From positions 2,480,001 through 2,544,000 of the forward strand of contig OZ218959.1 of NCBI GenBank assembly GCA_965112735.1: a stretch of 64,000 bases of DNA, written 5' to 3'. Shown one piece after another: positions 49,501 through 63,226 of the stretch; the stretch's first letter is position 1; every line of letters starts with the position of its first letter. Position numbers and translations under genes: made by a program. Below the pieces are notes generated by a model. The model saw only the letters and a program-made list of their open reading frames with translations, was not told the origin of the DNA and made no database searches. Source of the DNA: Phaeosaccion multiseriatum. Lineage: Eukaryota > Protista > Ochrophyta, other classes.

Positions 49501-51087
49501 CTAGCCTGGTGGCCTTTGGCATGCGGTTGCCGCTCTGGGATGTGCTGACGGAAGTGAGGGAGAACGACCTCTCTCCCTGGCAGGCCTTGCAGCTGCTGAA
49601 GGACAAGGTGGAGCAGCTTTTGGACACGTGGGATATGAGCATGGAACAGGTGTGGCAGGCAGGCAAGGGGGACGCAAGGGAGCAAGCAGGCAGTATAGGC
49701 CAGGCGGAGACAGCGTGCCTGAATGCCTCAGTGCTTGTTCCGACCATATCAAGCAAGCAAGCAAGCAGACAGGCAAGGCAAACAGATCAAGCGTCCCTCT
49801 CTCTCAGACCAGACATCCCTGCCCTCCCCCTCTTCCTCTTCTTCCTCCCCCTCCCTCTTTCCCTCCTCCTCCTCCTCCTCCTCCTCCTCCTCCTCCTCCT
49901 CCTCCTCCTGCCCAGGCCCTGGCACACGTCCGGTCCGCCATCTCCGGCAGCAAACACTTGGCGAGCATCTCAGTGGGGCTTGCAAATGTGTCTGTGGGAA
50001 TGTCTCTGGGGGTGTTGCAGGGTTTCATATTCGCCATGTCCCTCATGGTCAGCTTCGGGTTCAAAGCGCTGCTCTTCTTCACTCTGGTGAGGCGTACGGA
50101 TATGTGGGCCTATGGGCAGGCGTACTGGGCACGTGGGTAGGCTGGCGTATGGGCAGGCATATGGGCAGGCACATAGGCAGGCATATGGAAAGGCAGGCGT
50201 ATGGACAGGCATATGGGCAGGCATATGGCAGGCATGTCGACAGGCCTATGGGCAGGCGTATGGGTAGGCAGGCGTATGGGCAGGCAGGCAGGGGTATGGA
50301 CAGGCATATGGCAGGCATATGGACAGGTATATGGCAGGCATATGGGCAGGCCTATGGGCCGTATGGGCAGGATGGCAAGCAGGCGTATGGACAGGCAGGA
50401 AAGAGGTGGGGGCTGGTGAGACAGAAGCACAGAGGCATATGGACAAGCGTATGGGTACATGGAGGCTTAATCAAAGTCCCCCTTCTCTCCTCCCCTCCTT
50501 TCTCCTCTCCCCCCCCTCCTCGCTCTCTCTCTCCTCCCCTCCCCTGCCCTACCCCATCCTTCACAGGTCTGGTACCTCCTCAGCAGCAAGGGCTCTCTCT
50601 TCGACCACATCGCTGACGATCTCCTCGGCCTCCGGCACCGTGCCAAACGAGAGGCCGTGCGCACCCTTCGTGGCAGCCTGGAAGCAGTCTTCTTTAGCAT
50701 GCCCACCATCGCGTGCTTCCATGGCATCATCACCTTACTCTCTTTCACCATCCTCGGTGTAGACTTCCCCTTCTTTGCCACCTTTGCCTCCGTGGTGTTT
50801 AGCATCCTCCCCGTGCTGAGTTTGCAGAGTTGGGTATCCTTTCCTTGGGCACTGGCGCTGTGCTATCGGGGCTACCAGGAGCTGGTTACGGGCAACAATG
50901 TGTTGCGTGGCTATCAGGACTTTGCCCGGGGTATTTTGCTCTTCTGCGCCAACCAGTACTTCTCTTACTTGGTGAGGAGCGGGAAGAGGAGGATGAGGAA
51001 GAGGAGGAGGGGGGGGGAGGAGGAGGACATGGAGGGGAGTGAGGGAGAGCCCATTGCATTGCATCGCGCAGAGTAGGCCACACACAA

Positions 51088-51137
<50 letters not shown>

Positions 51138-52140
51138 CTCCACCCCCCCCCCCTCGGTTGACCCGACCAGCCCAATCTGGTGGCCTTCATGTTACGATCC
51201 ATCCAGTATCACGTCACTCTGTCGTCTCCTTGTGTCATTCCGTCCCTTCTCTTCTCTTCTCGCTCATCTTCGTTGTTGCCGTGGTGTTTTCTCGACGTTC
51301 ACGGTCCCTCCCTCCCTCCCTCCCTCCCTTCCTTCCTTCCTCCCTCCACAGGTCCAGAAGCGTGTGATCAACAGCGGCGTGTCCAAGAACGAGTTCTTCT
51401 CATACCTCGTGACGCTGCTTGCTTACTTGGGCTTCAACAGGTTCGGAGCCCAAGGCGTCTTTGCTGGACCGCTGGTAAGTAAGGAAGGTGGTATCGTAGT
51501 TGCGGCTCAATTGCAATTTCAATTAAAGTTTATCTGCCACGAGCGCCACCACCGCCAAAGCCACAACACATACATACGCATGCGTGCATATGGTCCTTGC
51601 GTGAGCACTCCAGGTGTACCGCAATATCTGAAGCACAAACTTGCCCACCAATACCACAATGCCAATACCATCACCACCAAACAGGTCCTTGTGCTCAGCA
51701 CTCTGGTGTACCGCTGTCTCGATCACATGAGCACCGAGAGCCGTCGGACCTTCGGCCAGGACGCTGTGAAGCGCTACCGACGGGGACGCCCTCTGTCGCT
51801 GGGCAACGCCTCGCATCTCATGCCAGCAGTACCGCCGCCGCCGCCGCCGCCGCAGCAGCAGCAGCAGCAGGAGCAGGAGCAGGAGGGGCAGAGAGAGCGA
51901 AGCGGGGGAGAGAAGGAGGACCGGGGGAGGGCGTATCACCTGGCCTTGTCCCCGCCTCGACGTTTGGAGGAGGATGGTGATGATGGCGACGTGGTGGGGG
52001 AGGAGGAGCAGGAGCAGGAGGAAGGGGAGGATAGTGTTACTTCACTGCGAGCCCAAGGTGGAGGTAGAGACAGTAGCACTGTGCTCTTCACTCCGCAGGC
52101 CAAGAAGAGGGACTCTGACCTGATCACGGCCACATGTTGA
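46546..52140 (+). CDS. TMEM245: TMEM245-like (AI-2E transporter-related) multi-pass membrane protein
   Basis: N-terminal LLWFNYVIAGEYFTTIIWALLIGEAL, then FFTLVWYLLS, FHGIITLLSF, SILPV, and C-terminal FGAQGVFAGPL, across GT-AG exons. Confidence 0.75.
50098..50455. repeat. Degenerate ~12-bp minisatellite (GGCATATGGGCA) in an intron
   Basis: Directly visible. Confidence 0.8.
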
Positions 52141-52435
52141 CCAACCTACTACTGAACAGTAGCGGCAGCAGCTTGTGGCGTGAATAGAGACACCAATGTA
52201 TGGACATGTGGATAATCATAACCCATACATGTACGCAACAGTTCGATCATCCCATGGTCAAGTGCGTAGGCGAAAAAAATCAAGTGAAGCACTTTGTTCT
52301 CGCTCATCCACGGTCAAGTGCGTACATGAGTTCCAATATACTACTTCGAAGTATATCAAGTGACAAAGTAGCAGCGCAGTAGCAGTAGCAGTAGTAATTG
52401 TTGTTGTTCATGTGTGTTGCTGCTTTAGTCATCTC

Positions 52436-54881
52436 TTAGGGCTTGTCTTCCTTTGCCAGTAGAGGCTCCTGTGCGCGGCCGGCAGAGAGGATGGCTCGCA
52501 ACCTCTGTGTAAGACGAGACGAGAGGGGAAAGGGGGAGGGGAGAGAGAGAGAGGGACAGAGAGGTGTGTGGGTGGATCGGTAGGTGGTGCTTCTGCGGTA
52601 GGGTATGGTACACATAGAGAGAGAGAGATGAGGCAGCAAGCAGCCAGTGCAGTCTCCCGCCCCACTTACGCACTCGCACACTCATACCCAGACCTGCTGC
52701 TGCTATTACTCTTGGCACCTCCCTGCTTGTAGAGTACTAGTGCCATTGTTTTCAACCCCCGCCTGCCTGTATCACTTCCATCCCTGTCACACAAGTCACC
52801 ATCCACTGCCATCCCTGTCACACAAGTCACCATCCACTGCCATCCCTTCCACCCACCCACCCACCCACCATCCACTGCCAATCATTACACACACCTACCC
52901 TCTTACGTACCAGGGCATGGCAGTCCGACAAGTCCAGCGTGGCCCCGGGGTGGAGGTCGTCATCGTTATCACTGTACCCCTCAACCCTCTCCCGCCCCGC
53001 CCATCCCTCCGGTCGGCCCCCCTCCACCGCCCATGCCTCGTCCGACTCGCTTGCCAATTGAATCTCTTCCGTGGCCGGCCGTGGTGAAAGCGAGGCAGGC
53101 TCCAGCGACGACGTACGCGCATGCCTCCCTCCTCGTGCGCTTGTCCCCTCTTCTCTCTGCCTCGGACCCGTGCCGGCACGAGGCGAGGAGTGGTCTCGGT
53201 GAGTGCGCTTGCTGCGCTCCATCCTCTTCCTCCTGCTCCTGCTCCTCCTCCTCGGCTCGCCGACGTCTTTCTCGTCATCTATCGCCGGGATAGAGTCCCT
53301 TCCTTTGCCTTCTTCTCTGGCCACCCCCTCCTCTCTTTCTCTGCCACCCCCTCGTGCTGCTCTCGCCATCACCCCATCACCTGACTCAAATGCCTCTCGC
53401 TCCCGGGCAAGCTGGTCTAGCGCTTTCCTCACTCTTCTTTGGTCGAAAGCTCCCTCATCATCTTTCGCGCCCACCGGTAGTCCCTCTTCTAGGGGGGTCG
53501 GAGATTGAAAGTCAAGGGGGGGGAGGGAGGAGGACAAAGTGGAGGAGGGGGCGGAGGCAGGAGAACCTTCTCCTGCTGCCCCTGCTAAGAACCACGACGG
53601 CGTCGGCGAGGCCTCTGCCTGCTGCCAAGAAGGCGAAAGAAGCCCACACGAGCCTGAGAGTGAAGGCGAGGAGGCGCGAGACGCTCTGTTCACAGCCTTG
53701 CTCCCATCCTGTCGTCCTCCCCCTCCCCCTGCTGCTGCTGCTGCTGCTGCTGCCGTATCACCAACTGCTGCTGCAGGGCTTGACGACGTAGGAGGGGCAT
53801 CATCGTGCGCTTGTGTACTCCACCTCCTTCTCCTCCTTCCCCCGCCCCCCGTATCGGCAGCGCCCGTCCTAGCCCGCCGGCTGACACCACTCACGCTACT
53901 CACTGAGGTCCCTCCTCCTTCACCTCCGTCACTTCTCACCTCTTCCTCCTCTTCCTCCTGCTCCTCCTCCTCCCCCCTCTCATCGACCCCTCGGCGTCTT
54001 GTCTCTCTCTCCCTGCGAGTGCCGTACAGCTCAGTTCGTGGTGTCCCTGCTGATCTTCCTCCCAGCTCCTCCCGACGGCTCGGGTAGAGGTTTTGTGGAC
54101 GCTCCCTTTGCTCGTACCGCTCATAATACCGTCCTTGACCTCTTCTCTCGCCACCGGTAGCGCCACCACTTCCGCTGTCACTACTGCTGCTACTACTACT
54201 GCTACTCCGCCTCCTCCTACTACCACAACTACTAGTACTGCTGCTACTGCTGCTGCTGCTCCTGGTAAGAACACGCCGTCTATCTATGCTCTCCCCTCCA
54301 TGCCGGTTCAAGGGTCTTGCAGCGGAGGCGGAGGGGGTGAGGTCAAGAGCCTCCTCATTACAGTCATACCGCATGTCCACCTCCACATGGCTGAGCAGCG
54401 GGAGCGAGGTGGGCCCTTCCTCAGCAGAATGAAGCTGTCCCTGGCCGCTGCTATGGATCCCACTCCGTCCTACCGCTGCTGCTGCTGCTGCTGCTGCTGC
54501 TGCCGCCACCGCCGCTGGTGCTTTTCCTGCTGCAGATGCTTCTGGAGATTGTAGTATCTGGGCATCTGCTGTTTCCTCGTAAACATAGTTCCAGTTGACA
54601 TCACCTGTCACGAGAATGCTGCACAGGGTTGGGGATAGGGGAGGGAAGCGGCATGGCATGAATGAGGAAACAGCGCAGGAAAGGTAGGACTTCACGTACG
54701 CTCTCGGACGGACAGAGTCGAATTGGTTCATAGTTTGTGGGCTGGCGAGGAAGCTTGCTTGGGCGAAAAAAAATTTAGATAGGGGTTTGGTTCTTTAGCT
54801 ATACCCACCTCTCCGTTATACGCTGCATCGCGTCCAGAAACGCCACCCGGTCGTTGGCAGGCGCCCTCCATCTTCCCCTGA

Positions 54882-54924
<43 letters not shown>

Positions 54925-55236
54925 CTTATCACTCCTGCTGCTGCGATCGTGCAGGAGCTTGATGACTTGCTGCGCGATATCCCGTACCTCTTTCACTGGG
55001 AGAGGGGCAAAGCAGCAGCAGTAGAGGCAGTAGAAAAGAAAGGGGTGAGGAAGAAGAGAGTAAAAAGAGCCATGGACCTGGATAACAAGGCGCAGGCGTG
55101 TCCCGAGAGGAGGAGCAACCGTTGGAGGAAGACACGCACCTGGGGATGGTCCAAGAGGGAGAGCCACCAGCCGCTGCCTAGACTCGTCGTGTATATCCCC
55201 GACATTCCCACCACTCCTTCCTCCGTTCACATGCAT
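52436..55236 (-). CDS. Uncharacterised protein with a short folded N-terminal segment and a long disordered Ser/Arg/Glu-rich region
   Basis: Long open frame 52827-54731 plus upstream exons with plausible GT-AG sites (…RLVALPLGPSP|VKEVRDIAQQVIKLL…FLDAMQRITER). Boundaries uncertain. Confidence 0.45.
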
Positions 55237-55384
55237 TACGCAATGCGTCGGACGGAGACAGAGGCGGTGTGTAATGATATGATATTCGATATTCGGTGAA
55301 CACGCGACAGGTAGGAGAACTGGTGATACGGGGTCACAGCATAGGGGCGGTTTGCATCGTTCCGTCAATTACGGGGATGGGAAG

Positions 55385-58300
55385 ATGACGAGGCCGGTGG
55401 CCCTGAGCTTCGATGGGGGCTTGGCAGCTCCTGCTCCTGCTGCAGCTCAGACCTCTACTGCCAGGAGACTGCGCAGGCGAGGGCTGACGCAAGATGCTCC
55501 GAGACTTCTCCGCTCTTCCAGCAGGCGACACCTAAAGCGCGTAGGATCTTCTTCGGTACGGTGCTTTGCCAGGAAGCCGCTGGAAGTCGTGCGCCAGGAG
55601 GAGAGTATCTCCATCCTCGAGCGGCATATGGGCTTCTGGGACCTCATCTCGATTGGCTTAGGAGGGACTCTAGGTAGGGAGAAGAGGGGATTTTTTTTTT
55701 TTTTTCCATTCTGATTGCGCTCTCTTCTGTCTACCTTGGCCGATGCTCAGGCGGAGGGGTCTTCCTGACCATCGCGCTTATTGTCTCAGGTACAGACCAG
55801 GTGCACACGGACGTTTGTGATGTCCTCCTCTCGAATATACGCCCCTTCCTGTCTGCCTCTTTCTTTCTGCACGCCGTCACACTCCCTCTCTTCTCTATCT
55901 TCGTTTGTTTGTATGGCAAGCAGACGTGGCAGGAACGTCCGCCGTCCTCTCTTGGGGGCTGGCGGGGCTGGGTATTCTGCTGAGCGGCCTTTCCTTCGCT
56001 GAGTTGTCCGCCATTGTGCCCTGTTCGGGAGGAGCCTACGCCTACGCCTTGGTGGCTTTGGGAGAGTTTCCTGCCTTTATCGTGGGTATGCTCATGACCT
56101 TAGAGGTGAGTGAGTGAGTGAGTCAGTGAGTGATGGAGGAAGGGAGAGAGTGAGGGAGTGAGTTTGTGAGTTAGTGAAAGTGAGTGCGTCCGTGGGAGCG
56201 CGCGCCCAGCTTGAGGTGTTGCGACGTGCGAACGAATGAAGGCATGAGTCTCTGCGTCCACTCCCACACATAGCCTCCCCACCTTAGCCAACCCCCCAAC
56301 CCCCCCCCCCTCCTCCCCGTGTGCTCACACCACACACAGTATGGGGTATCAGCGGCCGCTGTGGCGCGTGGATGGGGCGTCACTGTGGGCCTCTACCTAC
56401 ACAACGACCTCGGTTGGCGACTACAGGAGCAGATGACCAACCCGATCAACATGTACGCAGCGGCTCTGATGGCAGTCTGCACCTACATCGTTCTCAGAGG
56501 CGCCAACGCGAGCAAAGGCGTAACCAACGGCTTCTGTGTGCTCACTCTGCTGGTGGTGCTCTTTCTTATCGGGGTTGGGGTGTTGAGGTACAGCCCTAGC
56601 AACTTGGAACCCTTCTCCCCCTTTGGGTTTGGCGGGACAATAAAGGGTGGCATGGTTGCTGTGTTTGGGTATATAGGTTTCGACGCGGTGGCCATCATGA
56701 GCGGGGAGGTGAGTGAGCTTGTGTACCGACGCATGAGCGAGGAAGGAATGGAGGGACGGGGAGAGGGAGGCATCTGCTGGGTGAACCATTTTGTTCCGTC
56801 AGAGCGCTTTTACACGTCCTGGTCTTTTCTCGTCCTGCCCTTTTTCATTCTCTCTCCTGGGCCGAATGCTTGCAGCTCTTCTTTCGTTCGGTCGCTGTGG
56901 GTGCGCTAGTGGGACGCTGACGTTCCGTTGCCTCTTTTGCCTCTTTTGCCTCTTGCTGCTCTGCCCCTGTCCCTGTCTTCGGCTTGCTGCTTGGGTACGC
57001 TGGGCCACTGCAGACCCTTCACCCCACTCGAGACACACCGCGGGCAATGCTTTGGACCATCTCGTCGCTGACGTGCATATACATGCTTGTCTCTCTCTCC
57101 CTCTCTGGTACGACCTAAAATGGGGCCGACCTTTCTTCTCTTGATTGGTGACTTATTACTGAAAGACCTGCGAGAGGGGGAAGGACATTGGGTGCAGATA
57201 ACCTTCATTTCATCGCATTACACTCCACTGCTTTATCTTCTGACGCCCATCTTGCCCTCCCGACCTCCTTCCCCTCCACCTCTGTCTCTCCTTCTCTCTT
57301 TCTCTCTTTGCCCTCTCTTTTCTCTCTCGCTGTCTCTCTCTCCCTCCCCCCCCCCCCCTCTCTCTCTCTCTCCCTCCCTCTTCCCTTTACTGTAGGCATC
57401 CTGCTGTATTCAGAGTGTGTCGCAGACGGGGGTCATGCCGCCGCCTTTGGCACGCTGCACATGCCCTTCGCTCACCACGTGGCGGCGCTCGGGAGCATGG
57501 CGGCCCTGCCTCTGGTGGCCTTCGTTTCCTTCTTGGCACAACCGGTGCTGACCTTCGCCATGGCTAACGACGGGCTCTTACCTCCCTTCTTCGCGAGAGT
57601 GAATCGCAAGGGGACCATCGTCCACGGCACGCTGCTCGCGGGAGGAGTTTGCGTGCTCATTGCGGCGTTTGTACCCTTTGAGGTGAGAGAAGAGGGGATG
57701 GGAGGGGATGGGAGGGGATGGGAGGGGAGAGGAGGGGAGGGGAGGGGAGGGGAGGGAGCAGGGGAGGGAGGGTGGGGGTGGCTGGGAGTCGGGGGGGGGC
57801 GGGCTGCCCGAACTTTCTCTTGTGCGACGACGATGTTGTCGATGTCGATATTCGATATATTGTCGATGTCGATATTCGATATATAGCTGCCCCGCCTTGC
57901 TTGTTGTGTGTACCGCGCCGTGCCATACCCGTCCCTCCTTCACGTATGTCTGCCCACCTCTCTTGTGGTGCCCACCCACCCACGCACTCCCTCACTGCAG
58001 CGGCTCGACGTCCTAGTGAGTTCGGGTATCCTCCTTATGCTCAGCATGACCAACGCCTCGCTGATAGTGCTTAGAAGCGATGAGGGAAGCTCCCAGCAGA
58101 TGGAGGAGCGGGGAGGGGCATTTACGGGCCTGCCGACTGACTCAGCCCTAGACTGTGGTACTTCCTCGGAGGGAGCAGGAGGAGGAGAAGGAGGAGGAGG
58201 AGGGGGAGAAGAAGGAGGAACAGCAGGAGGAGGAGGGGGGGGAAGAGGAGGAGGAGGACGGGTGAGAAGGAGAACGAGGGCGGAGGAGGACGAGGAGGAG

Positions 58301-59233
58301 GAGAAAGGGGGGGGCGCGGCAACAGAAAACCTGTTGTCATCGGCGGGCGGGGCCAAAAGGGACCTGACGTCGGGACCTCGAGCAGCATCAGCAGCAGCAG
58401 CAGCGGCAGCAGCATCAGGAGTTGGTGGTACAGCAGGAGGAGGAGGGGTGGGGGGCGTGTTTGGTACCTCCACATTGAGCTCCCCTCGCCTTGTGGTGTT
58501 CTTGCTGAACGGTGCCTGCCTGGCTCTCGCCGTCCTACTCGATAGATCCCACCTTCACCCCAGGGCGGCGGCACAAGGAGGAGGAGGAGGAGGAGGAGGC
58601 CCTCTGGGTTACACCAGTGTGGGGCAGACGTTCGCGTGTGCAGGTGTGTTCATCCTCGCTGTGGTGCTGGTGTTCCGCCTCCCCTCGGCTGTGGTACCCG
58701 TCCACGACTATCGGGACGACGAGGAACGGTTATACAGGCAGGAGAGTGTGGATGAAGGAGGAGAGGACCAGGAGGAGGAAGGGGGAGGGGGTGATACCCT
58801 CTCCTCCATCCACGCTACCTCCGCCATCCCCTCCACGCACAGCCTCAACACGGAGACGCGTACAACCACCACACACACGACAGGAGGAGGAGGAGGAGGA
58901 GGAGGAGGAGGAGGAAGTGGAGGCTTTACAGTGCCCTGGTACCCTGTCACTCCGGTGCTGGGCACTCTTGTCAATTGGGTGCTCATGATTCAGTGTGGGC
59001 CGACGGGCTTGGGCGTGCTGGCTCTCTTTTGCTTGGCCTCAGCTTTGCTCTACTCTTGGGTTGTCGTTGCGGTGCGTGTGGGCGGGGGGGGGGGTAGAGA
59101 CCACCGAGGGCACAGCAACAGCAGCAACGATGGCGGCTTCATCCCCAGCAGGATTAACGCGGTGCAGGCCTCTTTGGTTGAAGAGGACTTGGACCCGCTC
59201 AGAGGAGCGGGCTTGGAATTTAGATTGGGCTGA
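55385..59233 (+). CDS. Cationic amino acid transporter (APC superfamily, CAT-like)
   Basis: LERHMGFWDLISIGLGGTLGGGVF, FAELSAIVPCSGGAYAY, EYGVSAAAVARGW, PFGFGG...FGYIGFDAV, QPVLTFAMANDGLLP, and C-terminal FTVPWYPVTP...VNWVLM. Confidence 0.9.
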
Positions 59234-59613
59234 ATGAGACGACAAGGACAGAAGAAAAAGGGACTTTACCGTCTTTCTTTTTGTCCTTTCGTATCTGCCT
59301 TGCCACACATGGGTTTGGCTTTGTGCAGTGAACTAGTGCAAGCAAGCTCTCTGAAAGGAGAGGCACACATCACAATTTGCAATTTACACCCCGCCGGACA
59401 GGAGGAGGAGAGGGAGGAAAGGGAGAGCGATTCAAAGCCCCCCCCCCCCCCCGTTTTATCTCTAGCTGTAAATACATTTTACAAACGAGTAGTTATATTT
59501 TGCATACAAGTACGCATTTCGCCCCCCTCTCTCTCACACTCACACACTCCTTCTCTGAGCCAGCCAGGCAACGCACAAGTAAAGAGGCTATAGAGGCTTG
59601 TCTGCCAGTTGCG

Positions 59614-60597
59614 CTATGATGCACTCATCCCTTGCTCCTGCCCTCGCCGCAAGTCCATCCCGCCCCCCTCCCCGTGCTCCCCCTCCTCCTCCTGCTCCTG
59701 CTCCTCCTCCAAACTCCTCCCTACTGGCGGGTTGTAAACGCTCTTGACAGTCCTTACCACGGAGAGGAAGGAGAGGGGTTCCGTGACGGCGAGGTCGGAC
59801 AGAACCTTCCTGTTGAGCTCTATGTTGGCCTTGGACATGCCGCAAATCATACGCGCGTAGCTAAAGTCATGTTGGCGGGTGCCTGCGTTGATGCGTTCGA
59901 TCCAGAGCGTTCGAATTTCCCTCTTTTTGGTCTGGTGATGGAAGAGTCAGCAGGAGCAGGAGAGGAGCAGCAACGTATGGAAGAGCCCGGGGAATGTTGG
60001 GGTTGGGGGTAAGAGGAAATTGCTTAATCTAAATGGCAAGCAGAAAATAGTGGACACGCGAAGCCACATGAACAAAACCCCAAGCATAAGGTGGTCGCCT
60101 TTTCTTCTTTGTGCTGTAGCTTGCCAAGGTTGTGAATCCTGGCTCCTCCTTTCCCGACCCACACGTCTCCAGAGCACCACAACTCACACCAGGACGCTCT
60201 GGTAGATATTGCAAAGACGCTGTTCTGTACGTAATCATGCTGAACTCCTTACCTTTCTGTGCCTGTAGCCATGCTCCAGCGCCTTGTACACCCTCTGAAC
60301 GGCAATGCGGAAGCAGTTCTTGCCTCTCCCTCTGTAGCCCTTTGCCATCTTCCTGATCTTCTTGTGCTTGGAAGAAACGCCTCTCACCTGAAGATCTAAA
60401 GGCCCGGAGCCCAGCACACTGCTGCCGCTTTGCCCCCCCATCCGCCCGCCCCCGATGCTGCCTTCCACGGCGCTTGATACGGGCCCTGTCTTCCATAGCC
60501 TTGCCACTCCTGTCACACCCCCTTGATCCCCCAATAGACTGCTCCCACCTCGACAGCCTGGTAATCTCAGCCTCGCGCCCAGTCTGCAAAGCGCCAT
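59614..60597 (-). CDS. MRPL20: Ribosomal protein bL20, probably mitochondrial (Arg-rich presequence)
   Basis: [39 protein letters not shown] | [17 protein letters not shown]...YARMICGM...[17 protein letters not shown]. Two exons. Confidence 0.9.
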
Positions 60598-61119
60598 TGC
60601 TGGTGCTGATATCCCCCTCTCTTCCTGTGATCCTCCAAGATCCCTCGACCCAAAGTTGGAAGGAGAAATCCTGGGCCTGACAGAGTGGTGAAAGGTCTCA
60701 CAGCCTCACTATGATCTGTATGCAAGACGCAGCACAGTCCAAAGGGGGGGAGGAGGGGAAAGGGGGGGGTGGGAGATAAGGCACACACCCTGTGAGCCCG
60801 GGAGGCCTCCGGAGGCCTCGACATAAATTTCCAATTTCCTTCCTCCTCGTTTGAACAACTCTCAGCCTCGGCCCCTGACATTTGTTTGCTTGCTTTTGCT
60901 TCTGAGGCGACCCTGCTTCCTGCTTCTGGCCGGCGCCAGCCAGCCTGCTTCCTGGCTTGTCCAGGGTCAAACTCGAATCACCAAGCCATCTGTGGGAACG
61001 GTTTCGGGTGACCAACCTCCTCCTCGCTCCCTAATCTCTTTTTTTTGTCTTTTTTTTCCCCTCCCTTTACGTTTAACATCTACTTATAGTCCGACTTTTG
61101 ATATCGACTCTTATGACGG

Positions 61120-62208
61120 ATGTCTGCGTGCGTGCTGGCGTGCCGCGACGAGGCCGCCTCGACCTTTGGCCGCTCCAGCCACAGCGAAGGCGTGTGCGAT
61201 GAAACTACGGCGACTTGCGGCTGTGGGGACGGATATTACGACAAGAACATCGTAGGAGACAGTGCTTGTGTTGCCAAAGCATACATCGATGTTCCCGAGA
61301 TGGTAATTCTGCTCATCCTTGCTGTCCACCTGGTCGATGTGGTGTACATACTCGGCAGGCATGTATTGCATAGGGGAGGCGTGAAGGCACTGCTGCAGGA
61401 GACGAAGACGGGTGTAGCACAAACCAGGCTGATAGGAGCAATGCTTTGTGTCCTCTACACCACAACAGACTTACTCATCTGTACTGGAAGGTTCTATAGT
61501 GGAACAGGGGTGCTGGACGACGCCATGGCCTGGTGCTTTTTTGGCGCCTCTAGGTGGTTTTGCATGGGAACTGGATGGTTGGTTCTTCGTCTGTGGCTTG
61601 CTGCCCTACCGCGGAGCCTTCTGTCTCGCACGCCAAACGTTCTTCGGCTTCAGAACTGGGTGGAGAGCCGATTTTGGGTACTCTTGGCTGCTATGGCCTT
61701 CGCAGGCACATCATCCTGCGTGGCACTGATTGTTCTCCCAGGCTACTTCACGTTCTGGACTGGGCTCGCCCTTTGGATGCCCTTTATCAGCGCACTGTGT
61801 GGGGCTATTGTAGTGGCCACCACCTGCCTACTCGGCATGCTGAAGACGATGCCCGAGCTAGGGCCAGACATGCGCAAGATCAAGACGCAGTGCCAGTACG
61901 TGCTGGGTGCTGTATCCTCCCTTTGGGTTGGAGGCTCCTTTACCATTTTCTTCACCCTCGTTGATCCGATGAGTACGTGGATGCGTCAGCGACCCTCGGT
62001 TGTAATGGTACCTTTCAGAATGTCCGGTGTGGGCTGGGAATTCATAGTGTTCTACTTCGTTTTCAAAGGGGTACTCACTCGAAGAGATTCGGGCGCCGCC
62101 CCCCGTCCTAGTTCTATCAACATTGGAGGAAGAAGTAAGATAGCTGCAAGTATTGGAGGGAGAATGGGTAGCAGTAAGGTTCTTCCAGTACATTGGTCAC
62201 CGGGATAG
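61120..62208 (+). CDS. Intronless membrane protein with an N-terminal EGF-like Cys motif and about 7 hydrophobic segments
   Basis: 362-aa ORF. C...C...GVCDETTATCGCGDGY...C followed by repeated hydrophobic stretches. Confidence 0.7.
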   Translation: MSACVLACRDEAASTFGRSSHSEGVCDETTATCGCGDGYYDKNIVGDSACVAKAYIDVPEMVILLILAVHLVDVVYILGRHVLHRGGVKALLQETKTGVAQTRLIGAMLCVLYTTTDLLICTGRFYSGTGVLDDAMAWCFFGASRWFCMGTGWLVLRLWLAALPRSLLSRTPNVLRLQNWVESRFWVLLAAMAFAGTSSCVALIVLPGYFTFWTGLALWMPFISALCGAIVVATTCLLGMLKTMPELGPDMRKIKTQCQYVLGAVSSLWVGGSFTIFFTLVDPMSTWMRQRPSVVMVPFRMSGVGWEFIVFYFVFKGVLTRRDSGAAPRPSSINIGGRSKIAASIGGRMGSSKVLPVHWSPG

Positions 62209-62883
62209 GCGTGCAGCTACGGGTGACCTCTTCGTCTTCTCTGTTGGCTTCTGTGTGCTGCTGTGGCACACGCTACCCTGCTGGTCCGAAGGGAAGAGGG
62301 AGGAAAGGCCCATGCCGGCGGGGCTCCGTTGGAAGAGGAGGAGGAATGATCCGTTGAGCCATCATTAGGCATGCTCCCCGAGCCGAGTCGGCAGCTCGGT
62401 GGGTGCAAGCACAAGAAGAAGTCAAAGGCAGTCAGACTCCGGGCAGGGGGGAGCGGGGGGAGGCGGGGTAGAAACAGCGACCGGCCAGTGTGTATGTATA
62501 CGGGCGTGTGTATACTGCTGGTGCTGGCCGTGGGCAAGACCACCCACCCGGCAAGTGGAACACGAGCATCGCGCTCTCCCTTTGCACGCGCCTGAGAAGC
62601 CTTTTGAACTTCTGTGTCTTATTGGGGGGCGAGGGCCCTCTAAATAGAGAGACAGGAGAGAGAAGAGAGGGACAGTGGGCGGGGTGGACTGTTCTCCGTC
62701 AAAATACACGTCTGCCTGATTTATAGAAGTGGGACCGTGTTGAAATATTTCTTTATTCAAATCACACAACAAGACAGGGCATGAAGTGTTGCCCCGTGGC
62801 TGCGGTACACAGCGTGCCACCATCGGCCCCAGACCGTCAGACCGGCCCACCGGGGCTTACCCTGGGGTGGCTCTTCGCTCAAT

Positions 62884-63220
62884 CAGTGAGTGAATGAGTG
62901 ACTCAGTGAGTGAGTGAGTGAGTGAGTGAGTGAGTGAGTGAGTGAGTGAGTGGGTGAGTGAGTGAGTGAGTGAGTGAATGAGTGAGTGAGTGAGTGAGTG
63001 AGTGAGTGAGTGAATGAGTGAGTGAGTGAGTGAGTGAGTGAATGAGTGAGTGAATGAGTGAGTGAGTGAGTTCGTGAGTGAGTTCGTTCGTTCGTTCGTT
63101 CGTTCGTTCGTTCGTGAGTTAGTGAGTGAGTGAGTTAGTGAGTGAGTGCGTGAGTGAGTGAGTCAGTCAGTGAGTGAGCGGGTGAGGGAGTGATTGAGTG
63201 AGAGTGAGTCAGTGAGAGAG
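62884..63220. repeat. (GTGA)n / (GTTC)n tetranucleotide array
   Basis: Directly visible. Confidence 0.9.
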
Positions 63221-63226
63221 TATAGT

